DNA of 64,000 nt from Endomicrobiia bacterium (GCA_039630545.1 JBCNUU010000002.1:1-64000); one strand, 5' to 3'. Shown: positions 19,164-28,691, counted from the stretch's first letter. Translations and numbers: made by a program. Notes: generated from the sequence alone by a model not told the origin.

Positions 19164-20134
19164 AAAGACTTTTTTTTACAATAGCCTTTCTGGGGTATTC
19201 TATCTATTCTTTTAATTTTTTCGAAGAAATTTTGATTATAAAACCAACAGCAAGCTCAGCAGGTATTTCTGCATGTATGAATTTAAATGATCCTGTATCA
19301 AATATTGTTGTTAATCCTGCAAATATTCATTCAGAAAAAAGTATTATTTCTGCATCTTACTACTCTATTTTAAATAATATGGTTTCTAACTTTTCTTTTA
19401 GCTTTTTGTCAAAAACTTCAAAAAATAGTTTTCTCTGGAAAAATTTAAAAATAAACAATTTAGGTGTTAGTGTTTTTTATAACTTAACTGAAGTAACAGA
19501 TACTTCCAACCTTGAATTTTATGACATGGACTCTGATGGTATAAAAGATCCTCAGGAGGAAGTAATATACGATAAAGATAAATTATTTAATGTGGTAAAC
19601 AGCAACTTTTTTTCCTGTATCTCTTTTTCAAGAAAGTTAAAAGATATATCATTTGGATTTTCTTTAAAATATCTTCTTTCTAAATTACATAACAATAGTT
19701 CCTATTCTATAAGTACTGACATTGCTTTATCTTACAAAATCAAAAAATTATCTTTTACAGGCAAGCTAAACAACATTTTAAATTCATCCATATTATGGAA
19801 TACAGGATTAAAAGAAAAAATTCAACCCTCATATGAGGTAGGTGTAGCAAACCTGTTTAGGTTATCTCGAGATTTAGCATGCCTTTTAGCTTTTGATTTT
19901 GGCAGCTTTTTTGGTGGTTGCTACTCGTTAGGCGCTGAGTTAAAATTCAAAGAAAAGTATTCTCTGAGAGGAGGCATAAGCAAAGTTTCTGTTTCCAATA
20001 CTTATTCATCAGATTTTGTTTCAGTTGGTTTGGGTATGGTTTTAAAAGAAAATCTTATACTTGATTATGCTACTAAATTTTCTTCATATTTTACAGGAAA
20101 CATTCACTTTTTTAATTTGATGTATAGTTTTTAA
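19160..20134 (+). CDS. PorV/PorQ-like outer-membrane beta-barrel
   Basis: Signal peptide, 'NPANI', alternating strands 'ISFGFSLKYL', 'LGAELKF..SLRGG', 'LDYA..GNIHFFNLMYSF' with terminal Phe; overlaps the GH48 stop. Confidence 0.7.
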   Translation: MKRLFFTIAFLGYSIYSFNFFEEILIIKPTASSAGISACMNLNDPVSNIVVNPANIHSEKSIISASYYSILNNMVSNFSFSFLSKTSKNSFLWKNLKINNLGVSVFYNLTEVTDTSNLEFYDMDSDGIKDPQEEVIYDKDKLFNVVNSNFFSCISFSRKLKDISFGFSLKYLLSKLHNNSSYSISTDIALSYKIKKLSFTGKLNNILNSSILWNTGLKEKIQPSYEVGVANLFRLSRDLACLLAFDFGSFFGGCYSLGAELKFKEKYSLRGGISKVSVSNTYSSDFVSVGLGMVLKENLILDYATKFSSYFTGNIHFFNLMYSF

Positions 20135-20162
20135 AATATTCAAAACTTTAAGAGATTAAAAA

Positions 20163-22511
20163 ATGAATATAATAATTTTTGTTTTAAGTCTATTTTTAAT
20201 CAGGAATATAGAAGCTTCTTTTCTTAAAGTGATAGGAAACAAACTTTATGATGAAAACGGCAATGAGGTCCGCCTTACTGGAGTAAACTGGTTCGGCTTT
20301 GAAACTGGCAATTATGTGCCACATGGTTTATGGAGCAGAGATTATAAATCTATGATAATGCAAATTAGAGATTTAGGATTTAATTGCATTAGAATTCCAT
20401 GGTGTAATGAAATGTTAAGAAAAACAACTCCCCGTGGTCTTGAAATCAATCCATACGGCAATGACGCTTACGCTGTTCAAAAGGGAATAAAACTATATCC
20501 ACAAGCTCCTGAAGGTTACACTGGAATTAATCTTGATTTAGATGGACTTACACCTTTGCAGATTTTAGACAAGATAATAGAAGAAGCAGGAAAATATGGT
20601 TTAAAAATCATTTTAGACAACCACTCAAGAAAAGCCGATGGATATATGAACGAAACACTCTGGTATACTCAAGATTTTTCCGAACAACAATGGATAGAGG
20701 ATTGGGTATTTTTAGCACAAAGATACAAAGGCAACCCCACAGTAATTGGAGCAGATTTAGATAATGAACCACACGGAAACACAGGTATGGGCATGAAACC
20801 ACCAGCAAGCTGGGGATATGAACTTCCTCAATATTATACTGCCTGGGCGCAAACTACAGACTGGGCAGCTGCAGCTGAAAGATGTGGAAATGCAATTTTG
20901 GAGGTTAACCCTGACTGGTTAATAATCGTAGAAGGAGTAGAACAGTACCAAAATGATTACTACTGGTGGGGTGGAAATTTAATGGGCGTTGCTAAAAGAC
21001 CTATTAATCTTATAAAGCCAGAAAAGCTTGTTTATTCACCTCACGAATATGGTCCGGAAGTTTACAATCAAAGCTGGTTTAGTGATCCTAACTTTCCAAA
21101 TAACATGCCAGAGATTTGGTATAAGCATTTTGGTTTCATATATGACCAGAATATAGGACATCTTTTAGTAGGAGAATTTGGCATTAAAAATCAATCCAAC
21201 ACAACCGCATATACCTGGTTTACAGAGTTTATGAAATACATGGGAAGTAAATATTCCTGGACATTCTGGTGTTTTAATCCAAACTCCGGAGATACTGGTG
21301 GAATCCTGCAGGACGATTGGGTTTCAGTTCACGAATGGAAGATGGAGGTGTTACGGCCTCATTTAGCGCCACTTATTACCTCATCTACCTCCTATCAACC
21401 AAAAGATAACCCTCCGGTTGTGAATATCCAAACACCTTCAAATAATTCTACGGTATCTGGAAAAATAGAAATACTAGTTGTTGCTTCCGATGATAAAGGA
21501 ATTTCTAAATTAGAACTTTACATAGATCAACAAAAATTAACAGAAACTTCTACCTCCACTATAAGATATACTTTAAATACCACACTTTACACAAATGGTG
21601 TATATACAATCAAAGCAATAGCATATGATACTACAAATAAGAGTTCACAAAAACAAATCACAATTAATATAAATAATAAAACCTCTCAGTTTCTAACTTA
21701 CATAAATATTGTTTTTCCTTTAAACAATCAGGTCCTTTCCGGACAAACCACAGTTTATATTCAGGCTTCCAGTGATGTCTATAAAGTTGAACTTTATTTA
21801 AATGATTCATTAGTAAGTTCAAAACAACACTCTCCTTACGAATTTTTATTAAACACATATGATTATTCTAACGCAACTTACACTCTTAAAGCTGTAGGAG
21901 TTTCTTTTTCTACCGTAGTTATTTCAGAAATATCAATAACCATAAATAATGTTCATGGAGACGAACTACCTACCTTATATATAGAACTTTCCACAAGTTC
22001 ATTTTCAAATATTATGAATTTTAAAATCTCAGCATCAGATGATAACAAGCTTACCAGAATAGAAATTTATATTTCAGAAATTCTGGTAAGTAGTATAGTA
22101 GTAAATTCTTATGCTTTCGAAGTTGATTATCAGATAGACATATCGAATTTTTCTTCAGGAGAGTATATCTTGCAAATAATAGCTTATGATGATAAAGGTC
22201 AAACTTCATCATTTGTGTCTAATGTAGAAATTTATAACCAAACCGATTCTTCTTCTAACCAAAATGAAGGATTTAAAAAAGTGTATTTACTTTCTTTAAA
22301 TTCGGATGGCATAAATGAAAAAATTGTATTTCCTCTCTCTGGTGTTAAAATTTTTTCTTCAAATGGGACATTAATAAAAAAATTAGACTCTTTAGAATGG
22401 AACGGAAAAGATGAAAATGGCAGGTTAGTCTCTTCAGGAGTTTATTTTTACATCCATGATTCTGTAAAAAATAAAGGAAAAAATAAAGGTGTTATCTTCG
22501 TAATAAAATAA
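20163..22511 (+). CDS. GH5 subfamily 1 endoglucanase with three Ig-like domains and a C-terminal sorting domain
   Basis: 'RLTGVNWFGFET..VPHGLWSRDY', 'DLDNEPH', 'YSPHEYGP', 'LVGEFG', 'WTFWCFNPNSGDTGGILQDDW'; CTD 'LSLNSDGINEKIVF..WNGKDENG..SGVYFY..GVIFVIK'. Confidence 0.93.
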   Translation: MNIIIFVLSLFLIRNIEASFLKVIGNKLYDENGNEVRLTGVNWFGFETGNYVPHGLWSRDYKSMIMQIRDLGFNCIRIPWCNEMLRKTTPRGLEINPYGNDAYAVQKGIKLYPQAPEGYTGINLDLDGLTPLQILDKIIEEAGKYGLKIILDNHSRKADGYMNETLWYTQDFSEQQWIEDWVFLAQRYKGNPTVIGADLDNEPHGNTGMGMKPPASWGYELPQYYTAWAQTTDWAAAAERCGNAILEVNPDWLIIVEGVEQYQNDYYWWGGNLMGVAKRPINLIKPEKLVYSPHEYGPEVYNQSWFSDPNFPNNMPEIWYKHFGFIYDQNIGHLLVGEFGIKNQSNTTAYTWFTEFMKYMGSKYSWTFWCFNPNSGDTGGILQDDWVSVHEWKMEVLRPHLAPLITSSTSYQPKDNPPVVNIQTPSNNSTVSGKIEILVVASDDKGISKLELYIDQQKLTETSTSTIRYTLNTTLYTNGVYTIKAIAYDTTNKSSQKQITININNKTSQFLTYINIVFPLNNQVLSGQTTVYIQASSDVYKVELYLNDSLVSSKQHSPYEFLLNTYDYSNATYTLKAVGVSFSTVVISEISITINNVHGDELPTLYIELSTSSFSNIMNFKISASDDNKLTRIEIYISEILVSSIVVNSYAFEVDYQIDISNFSSGEYILQIIAYDDKGQTSSFVSNVEIYNQTDSSSNQNEGFKKVYLLSLNSDGINEKIVFPLSGVKIFSSNGTLIKKLDSLEWNGKDENGRLVSSGVYFYIHDSVKNKGKNKGVIFVIK

Positions 22512-22563
22512 AGTGCTTATATTTCTTTGTAGTTCCACCGTATTTTAAAATTAAACAAACCAG

Positions 22564-22592
22564 TTGATATTTTTGTTAAAAATATGTATATA
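22564..22592 (+). promoter_or_regulatory. Putative sigma70 promoter giving a near-leaderless transcript
   Basis: TTGATA(22564-22569)-N17-TATATA(22587-22592), ending 8 nt before ATG 22601; no SD. Confidence 0.45.
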
Positions 22593-22600
22593 TATAGCGT

Positions 22601-25600
22601 ATGAAATATATAAGCAGAATAATTATAACATGTATTTTCCTGTGCGAATTTTATCTTTATTCTGCTCCTGCTGGGATAGTGCTTTATGGCGACAACCAGG
22701 GTTTAAAATACAGAATTTATGATACTGAAACCAAAATGGGAAGTGAACAACAGGTTCCAGGAATCACCACACAAATAAACTTCATAAGAGCAGCAGCCTG
22801 CCCTACAAGACCTGAGATAATAGTGTTAGCTTTAGACAACTCTGGCACTCTTTATTGTTCTACCTGGACATCTACTGGTGGCTGGGCTGAGTCCCCACGA
22901 ATTATTCGTTCAGGAGGAGACACCACCAACAGATGGTTTGATGTTGTCTATACAAAAAACGGTCATGCAATGATTGTATATTCAGATGGAACTACTGCTT
23001 TGAAATACACAATCTGGAATGGTTTGTGGTGGGAAAATGTAAGAGATGTTGGAAACTTACATGATGGAAAACTTCCTTGCTGGGTTACACTTGCAGCCTG
23101 CCCTACAAGAGAAGAAGTTATAATGGTATACCAAAACAAAGACAACAGAAGAGCATACGCAAGTGTCTGGATTTCAAGCGGTCCTACTCGTGGGTTTGTG
23201 TCTGACTTTAACATACAAGTCACAGCAGGTGGAGTTTCAAACAGTGATGCTAGGGAAGGTGTTACTGTGACATATGAAAGTATTTCTGGTGAAGGCATAA
23301 TTATATTTAACGCTTCTGGTATTAATGCAAGAGTATGGAATGGAAGCAGCTGGTCTGCTCCTATAACTGGAGGAGGTTCGGGTCCAAATAATATATCTGC
23401 AAAACCGAAACCTTCAGGAGATGAAATATTAGTTTGTTACAACATTCAATCTTCAGGAGACACACGATTTAGAATCTGGAATGGTAACAACAACAGCTGG
23501 GATACAGAACAAACAATGAATCCTAATCGTGGTTCTGCTGGGTATTATCAGATAGATGGCGACTGGGAACTTACTTCAGGACATGAAAGTCACTATCTTG
23601 TAGTAAGCTGGATTCAATCCGGCGGCAGCTATCTTCATGCCGGACTTTTAGCAAAAAGATGGACCGGAAGTAATTTTATAGAGCTTTATCCTGTTTCTGG
23701 AACTTCAGGGATTACATACAACAGTGTATATCTTAAAACTCTCACTCGCATTCAAGGCACCGCTTCTCCTACTATTCAAGTATTAGCCAATACTGCTGGC
23801 ACTTTAAATGCGTGGGATTTTGATTGTTATAATCATCAATTTGATTATAAACAAGAATTAGAAACATCTCTTTCCAGAACAACAAATCCTCATCAGAGTT
23901 TTGTTATGGTTGCATTCTACAATTACACACCACCTGACACAACACCACCTGCAGCAATTAATGACCTTCAAGCACAACCAGGTTTAAATCCTGGAGAGAT
24001 AGTTTTAAGCTGGTCAGCTACAGGAGATGATGGTAACAGTGGTACTATTACAGGAGGGCAGTATAGGTTAAGATATTCCACATATGTGACTTCTGACCCA
24101 AATTTCTGGACATCAGGTTCATGGACAGATCCGCAAAATAAATATGAATTGTTATGGTCAACAAATACCACACCATTTGAGCCACAAAAAATTACTTTGC
24201 AGAATTTAACAGAAGGAGTTATTTATTACTTTAGAATATGGCTAAAAGATGACTCAAACAACTGGTCCCAAATATCAAATCAAGCTTCATCTTACCCCAA
24301 AGCTACACCCGACACAACACCTCCAGCAAAAGTCCAGAATATAACACTAAATCCTGGACCTGGAGGTTGTGAGATCACAGTAGTATGGCAAGCCACAGGT
24401 GATGATGGTTCATCTAATAATATTACAGCTGGAAAATATAGAATAAGATATGCTACACACACTCAGGTTGATTGGTTTTCTTCTTCTGGATGGGATAGTC
24501 CTTCTACAAAATATCAAATAGAAACCACAACCAACATTATTGCTGGCACATATCAAACTAATATTCTTTCAAATCTTTTAGAAGGTGTAACTTATTACAT
24601 AAGAATATGGTTAAGAGATGAAAACGAAGAAAACTGGTCAGAACCTTCGGATATCTTTTCAGGTTATTCTAAATCAGAACCACCTGCGTCAATAACAGAC
24701 CTTAAAGCAGAAGGATATTTCTTTGGTATAAAAGAAGGCGAAATAAAACTTAGCTGGACAGCAGTTGGAGACAATGCATATAGTGGTGTTGCTAAGGAAT
24801 ATATAATAAGAGTTTCTACTATCTCAAACATAAACAACGATACAGAATTTGAAAATGCAAAACCGCTTTTTGAATTTTCTTCAGTTTCTATACCACAACC
24901 TGCATCACCAGGTACCATCCAAACATTGATAGTTTCTGGTTTGATTCCGGGTGTTACCTATTATTTTGCCATAAAAGTAAAAGATAATGTTGGCCTTTTA
25001 AGCGGCTGGAGCAGGGATTTTATAGTTAACACAAATAATTATGCCATGGCATTTGACGAAATACCTCCTAAAGTCTCAAATCTCACTATTACAGAATTAG
25101 ACAAACAACTAAATCTGCAATGGAGTTATAATTTTTCTAATGTTAAAGATTTTTCCCATTTTGTTATTCACTGTGATAGCACTTCATCCACTCTGTGGGA
25201 TGATAGTTTCATAATAACCCAAACTACAAATACATTTTGTATTCTCACAGGTTTAGAAAATAACATACTTTATACATTTAAAATACTCGCAGTAGACTTA
25301 GGTCCCAATGTCTTAGAAAGCGAACCTGAGTTTATTTCTGGTACTCCAAAAATTTCAAAACCATTAAAACCACAAAATTTTGTAGGAGTAGCTATTTCAA
25401 CAACCTCTATTTTATGGAGTTGGAAGTATACTTCTACAAATGTAAATATGTTTTCTATATATGACGCTAAAGGTAATTTACTTTATCAGATGCCTCTTGA
25501 ACCTCCAGTTGGTCCAGAAGGAGAATTTTTAGAAGAAAATCTAACCCCTAATACTTCTTCCCAGGTAAGTTATATTATTGTAAGCAACCAAATGGGAAAT

Positions 25601-27265
25601 AGTGATCCCTGTTATGCTCAAACTAAAGTATTTACTTTTTCTAATCCACCTTCAGAAATAACTCTGGTAAGTGTTTCTTCAGTAAATTATAGATTAAGTT
25701 TTTCATCTAATAATAATCCACTATATACAAGATACGCAGTATATATCTCTACCGATGATGTAAATTATAACAAAATAAAAGACATTGAAGACAATTTTAC
25801 AATTAATCGGCTTCCTTTAAGTTTAATTTTACAACAAGACAGTGCATATTTCTTTAAATTCTGGTCATATAACCAGGATGGTATTCCTTCTAAAGAAGTA
25901 AAATTTTCTACAAGGACATATGATGAAATTCCACCTGCTAAAATTATTGATTTAACAGTAATACTCTCTCAAGTTCCAGGAAAAGTAGATTTAAGATGGA
26001 CCTCTCCTGGAGACAATGGTAATAGTAAAACCTTTTATGGACAATTTGAAATTCGCTGGACAGATAATCCTTTGTATACCTGGGATTTAATACCACAAAG
26101 TAACCACATTGTAATTTCTACAACCGCTTCTCCAGGTGAAATTCAAAGTATTTCTATTTCTGGTTTACCTTATAACACAACAGTATATTTTATGATCAGG
26201 TCCATAGATGACTATGGAAATCCTTCTGAAATTTCTTCTAAAGTCTCTATATATATTCCTAAACCCACAAAGGTTCCATATTTTGTTGCCGGTCTAAAAT
26301 TAAAACAAAAAACACAAAATTCATTAACTCTTAGTTGGTCAAAAGTTACAAGAAATCAGGATGGAACTATTTCGGATGATGTTTGTTTTTATCATATTTA
26401 CAAAAGCACTTTATCTTTAGATAATTTAACATTTTTAGCTAAAACTAGTTCGGATGTTTTAGAATTTACTGACTTTTCTTACGATCCAGGTAGAGTCTCT
26501 TACTACGCAGTAAAAGCTGTTAATTCTTTAAACGTAGAAAGTATAATAAAAATGTATTTAAATTCTAATGGTGATGTAATATTTATTTCTGACGATAAAG
26601 AAGTTAAAGTGGATATTCCATATAAAGCTTCATCTTTTCTGTATAGACAAACAAACAATTTTTCAGAAGACTTGATAGTAAATATAAATAAATTAAATAT
26701 AGGTGGATATATTTCTTCTTATGATATCTCTTTTTATGGATACGAAACTTCTTTAAAATATTATCAAAAATTTGAAAAAGGTGAATTTTCAATAAGCTTT
26801 TCAGTTAAAAATTACTCTCTGGATGAGATTCAAGTATATTACTGGTTAAATGACAAAGACACCATTCGCATTTCAGATGTAGAACTGATTAGACCATATA
26901 ATATGATCAAAATTAACACCATATATTCAGGATTATTTTCTTTAAAGCGAGAAAAATTATTAAGCACAGAAATCAAAATAGAATCTATAAGACCTAAAAT
27001 AATCACTCCAACATCTCAGGATACAAACTACAGCAAATCAACAATTTATATTAATAATATGCAGAAACAACAGGTATTATATACTAAAATTTATGATTTA
27101 AAAGGTAACTTAATCACTGATAAATTAATAGAAGAAAAAAAAGATTTTATTTATAGCTGGGACGGTAAAACCAACAATGGCGAGATAGTTCCAGCTGGTC
27201 CGTATATTTATGAAATAAAAGTAGGAAACAAAATTTTAAGGGGAATAATTATAGTGGCAAGATAA
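22601..27265 (+). CDS. Large surface protein: beta-propeller-like N-terminus, multiple Fn3 repeats and a FlgD-Ig/gliding-type C-terminal sorting domain
   Basis: 'WNGSSW'/'WNGNNNSW' blade-like repeats; Fn3 units 'DTTPPAAINDL..LSWSATGDDG..YRLRYST..GVIYYFRIW'; C-terminal 'IRPKIITP..IYDLKG..WDGKTNNGEIVPAGPYIYEI..GIIIVAR'. Confidence 0.8.
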   Translation: MKYISRIIITCIFLCEFYLYSAPAGIVLYGDNQGLKYRIYDTETKMGSEQQVPGITTQINFIRAAACPTRPEIIVLALDNSGTLYCSTWTSTGGWAESPRIIRSGGDTTNRWFDVVYTKNGHAMIVYSDGTTALKYTIWNGLWWENVRDVGNLHDGKLPCWVTLAACPTREEVIMVYQNKDNRRAYASVWISSGPTRGFVSDFNIQVTAGGVSNSDAREGVTVTYESISGEGIIIFNASGINARVWNGSSWSAPITGGGSGPNNISAKPKPSGDEILVCYNIQSSGDTRFRIWNGNNNSWDTEQTMNPNRGSAGYYQIDGDWELTSGHESHYLVVSWIQSGGSYLHAGLLAKRWTGSNFIELYPVSGTSGITYNSVYLKTLTRIQGTASPTIQVLANTAGTLNAWDFDCYNHQFDYKQELETSLSRTTNPHQSFVMVAFYNYTPPDTTPPAAINDLQAQPGLNPGEIVLSWSATGDDGNSGTITGGQYRLRYSTYVTSDPNFWTSGSWTDPQNKYELLWSTNTTPFEPQKITLQNLTEGVIYYFRIWLKDDSNNWSQISNQASSYPKATPDTTPPAKVQNITLNPGPGGCEITVVWQATGDDGSSNNITAGKYRIRYATHTQVDWFSSSGWDSPSTKYQIETTTNIIAGTYQTNILSNLLEGVTYYIRIWLRDENEENWSEPSDIFSGYSKSEPPASITDLKAEGYFFGIKEGEIKLSWTAVGDNAYSGVAKEYIIRVSTISNINNDTEFENAKPLFEFSSVSIPQPASPGTIQTLIVSGLIPGVTYYFAIKVKDNVGLLSGWSRDFIVNTNNYAMAFDEIPPKVSNLTITELDKQLNLQWSYNFSNVKDFSHFVIHCDSTSSTLWDDSFIITQTTNTFCILTGLENNILYTFKILAVDLGPNVLESEPEFISGTPKISKPLKPQNFVGVAISTTSILWSWKYTSTNVNMFSIYDAKGNLLYQMPLEPPVGPEGEFLEENLTPNTSSQVSYIIVSNQMGNSDPCYAQTKVFTFSNPPSEITLVSVSSVNYRLSFSSNNNPLYTRYAVYISTDDVNYNKIKDIEDNFTINRLPLSLILQQDSAYFFKFWSYNQDGIPSKEVKFSTRTYDEIPPAKIIDLTVILSQVPGKVDLRWTSPGDNGNSKTFYGQFEIRWTDNPLYTWDLIPQSNHIVISTTASPGEIQSISISGLPYNTTVYFMIRSIDDYGNPSEISSKVSIYIPKPTKVPYFVAGLKLKQKTQNSLTLSWSKVTRNQDGTISDDVCFYHIYKSTLSLDNLTFLAKTSSDVLEFTDFSYDPGRVSYYAVKAVNSLNVESIIKMYLNSNGDVIFISDDKEVKVDIPYKASSFLYRQTNNFSEDLIVNINKLNIGGYISSYDISFYGYETSLKYYQKFEKGEFSISFSVKNYSLDEIQVYYWLNDKDTIRISDVELIRPYNMIKINTIYSGLFSLKREKLLSTEIKIESIRPKIITPTSQDTNYSKSTIYINNMQKQQVLYTKIYDLKGNLITDKLIEEKKDFIYSWDGKTNNGEIVPAGPYIYEIKVGNKILRGIIIVAR

Positions 27266-27266
27266 T

Positions 27267-28691
27267 ATGAAATTAATGAATAAACCAGATTATTTTAAAT
27301 TTATTTTTGTCATTTTCTTTGCAAGTAATCTTTATTCTTTAAATGAATTCACAGGACACTCTGCTAGAACAAAAGCAATGGGAGAAGCCGTATGTGGTGT
27401 AGCTGACAGTGTGGAAAGTATATATTATAACCCTGCTGGACTTCATACTGTTTTAGCACCACAGGTTTCTTTAGGTTATCAGATTTTATGGATGCTTTTA
27501 ACCGAAGAAGATAGTTTAGGTAATGGATATGTAAACGTATCTTTTCCTTTTAAAAAAGTGGGGAGTTTTTGTTTAGGTTATTCAAATTTTAATATCTCAA
27601 ATTTATATCAAGAACATGTAGGAATTTTTACATATTCCAATAAACTATTTGATTCTTTTTATGGAGGTTTTAATGCAAAATATTTAAGTGTAGTTTACAC
27701 TATTAAAGACGAGATAGTAAATAACTCTTACTTTAGCACTTATGGAAATCAAACCTCTAATTTCAGTTTTGATATAGGATTTTTATACAAAAAAGAAAAA
27801 TTTTCTATAGGTACATCTTTTCAAAATCTCAACCAACCAAAACTGACCCTTAATCCTGAAGAAAAAGATTTTTTAAAAATAAAAGTAAATACTGGAATAG
27901 GGGTACGTCCTAGCAAAACGTTTATAATAGGTTTAGACATAAGTTTTGATACTACATTAAAACTAGCTTTTGGATTAGAAAAACTTCTAATTAACGAAGG
28001 CGTCAGCATAAGGGCTGGAGGAAATTATAATCTAAAAGGAACAGGTGAAACTTCTTTGGGTTTTGGATATAGAATTCCTATTTCCTTTGGTGGGATAGTT
28101 TTAAATTATAGTTTTAGTTATCCTTTAACTTCAATAACCAACACTGCAGGACACCATTTTGTTTCTTTTCTAATAGATTTTGATAAAACTTCCATTAAAG
28201 AAATTTCTGATATAGAGAAGAAAAAAATTGCAAAATATGATGAAAAACAATTGAAAGAAGAAATTATTAAATCACTTAAGCCCCAACCCATAACTCTTGA
28301 TATTTCAAAAGAAATCTTAAAAAAAGAAGACAGAGAAATTATATTTAAAATAAAAATTTCTACTGAAATAGAATTGACAGGTTGGCAACTAGTAATTACC
28401 GACGACAGAAAAAAAGTAGTAAAAAAATTCTATTCTAATAAACTCCAAGAAGAAATCCCATGGGATCTCAAGACAGACGAGGGGAAGTATATCTTACCAG
28501 GAAAATATAGTTGTTTTGTAATTGGAATTGATAATAAAGAAAATAAAGTTGAATCCCAAATAAAGACATTTATTCTGTCTGAAAAACTTCAGATAGAATC
28601 ACCCCAACAAGAAACAATAATGTGTCCCAATTGTGGAGCTGAAAATATAAAAGGAGAAAGGTTCTGTGTAAGATGTAGAGAACCTTTATAA
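27267..28691 (+). CDS. PorP/SprF- or PorV-like beta-barrel with a FlgD-Ig-like domain and a C-terminal zinc ribbon
   Basis: 'SARTKAMGEA..SIYYNPAGL', 'NLNQPK', 'SIRAG', 'YSFSYPL..AGHHFVSF'; then 'PWDLKTDEGK..PGKY' and 'CPNCG..FCVRC'. Confidence 0.75.
   Translation: MKLMNKPDYFKFIFVIFFASNLYSLNEFTGHSARTKAMGEAVCGVADSVESIYYNPAGLHTVLAPQVSLGYQILWMLLTEEDSLGNGYVNVSFPFKKVGSFCLGYSNFNISNLYQEHVGIFTYSNKLFDSFYGGFNAKYLSVVYTIKDEIVNNSYFSTYGNQTSNFSFDIGFLYKKEKFSIGTSFQNLNQPKLTLNPEEKDFLKIKVNTGIGVRPSKTFIIGLDISFDTTLKLAFGLEKLLINEGVSIRAGGNYNLKGTGETSLGFGYRIPISFGGIVLNYSFSYPLTSITNTAGHHFVSFLIDFDKTSIKEISDIEKKKIAKYDEKQLKEEIIKSLKPQPITLDISKEILKKEDREIIFKIKISTEIELTGWQLVITDDRKKVVKKFYSNKLQEEIPWDLKTDEGKYILPGKYSCFVIGIDNKENKVESQIKTFILSEKLQIESPQQETIMCPNCGAENIKGERFCVRCREPL

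Noticed and set aside
1675..22511. Cellulosome (dockerin/cohesin) or Bacteroidota PUL
   Set aside because: No duplicated dockerin calcium-loop repeats, cohesins or SusC/SusD pair recognisable.
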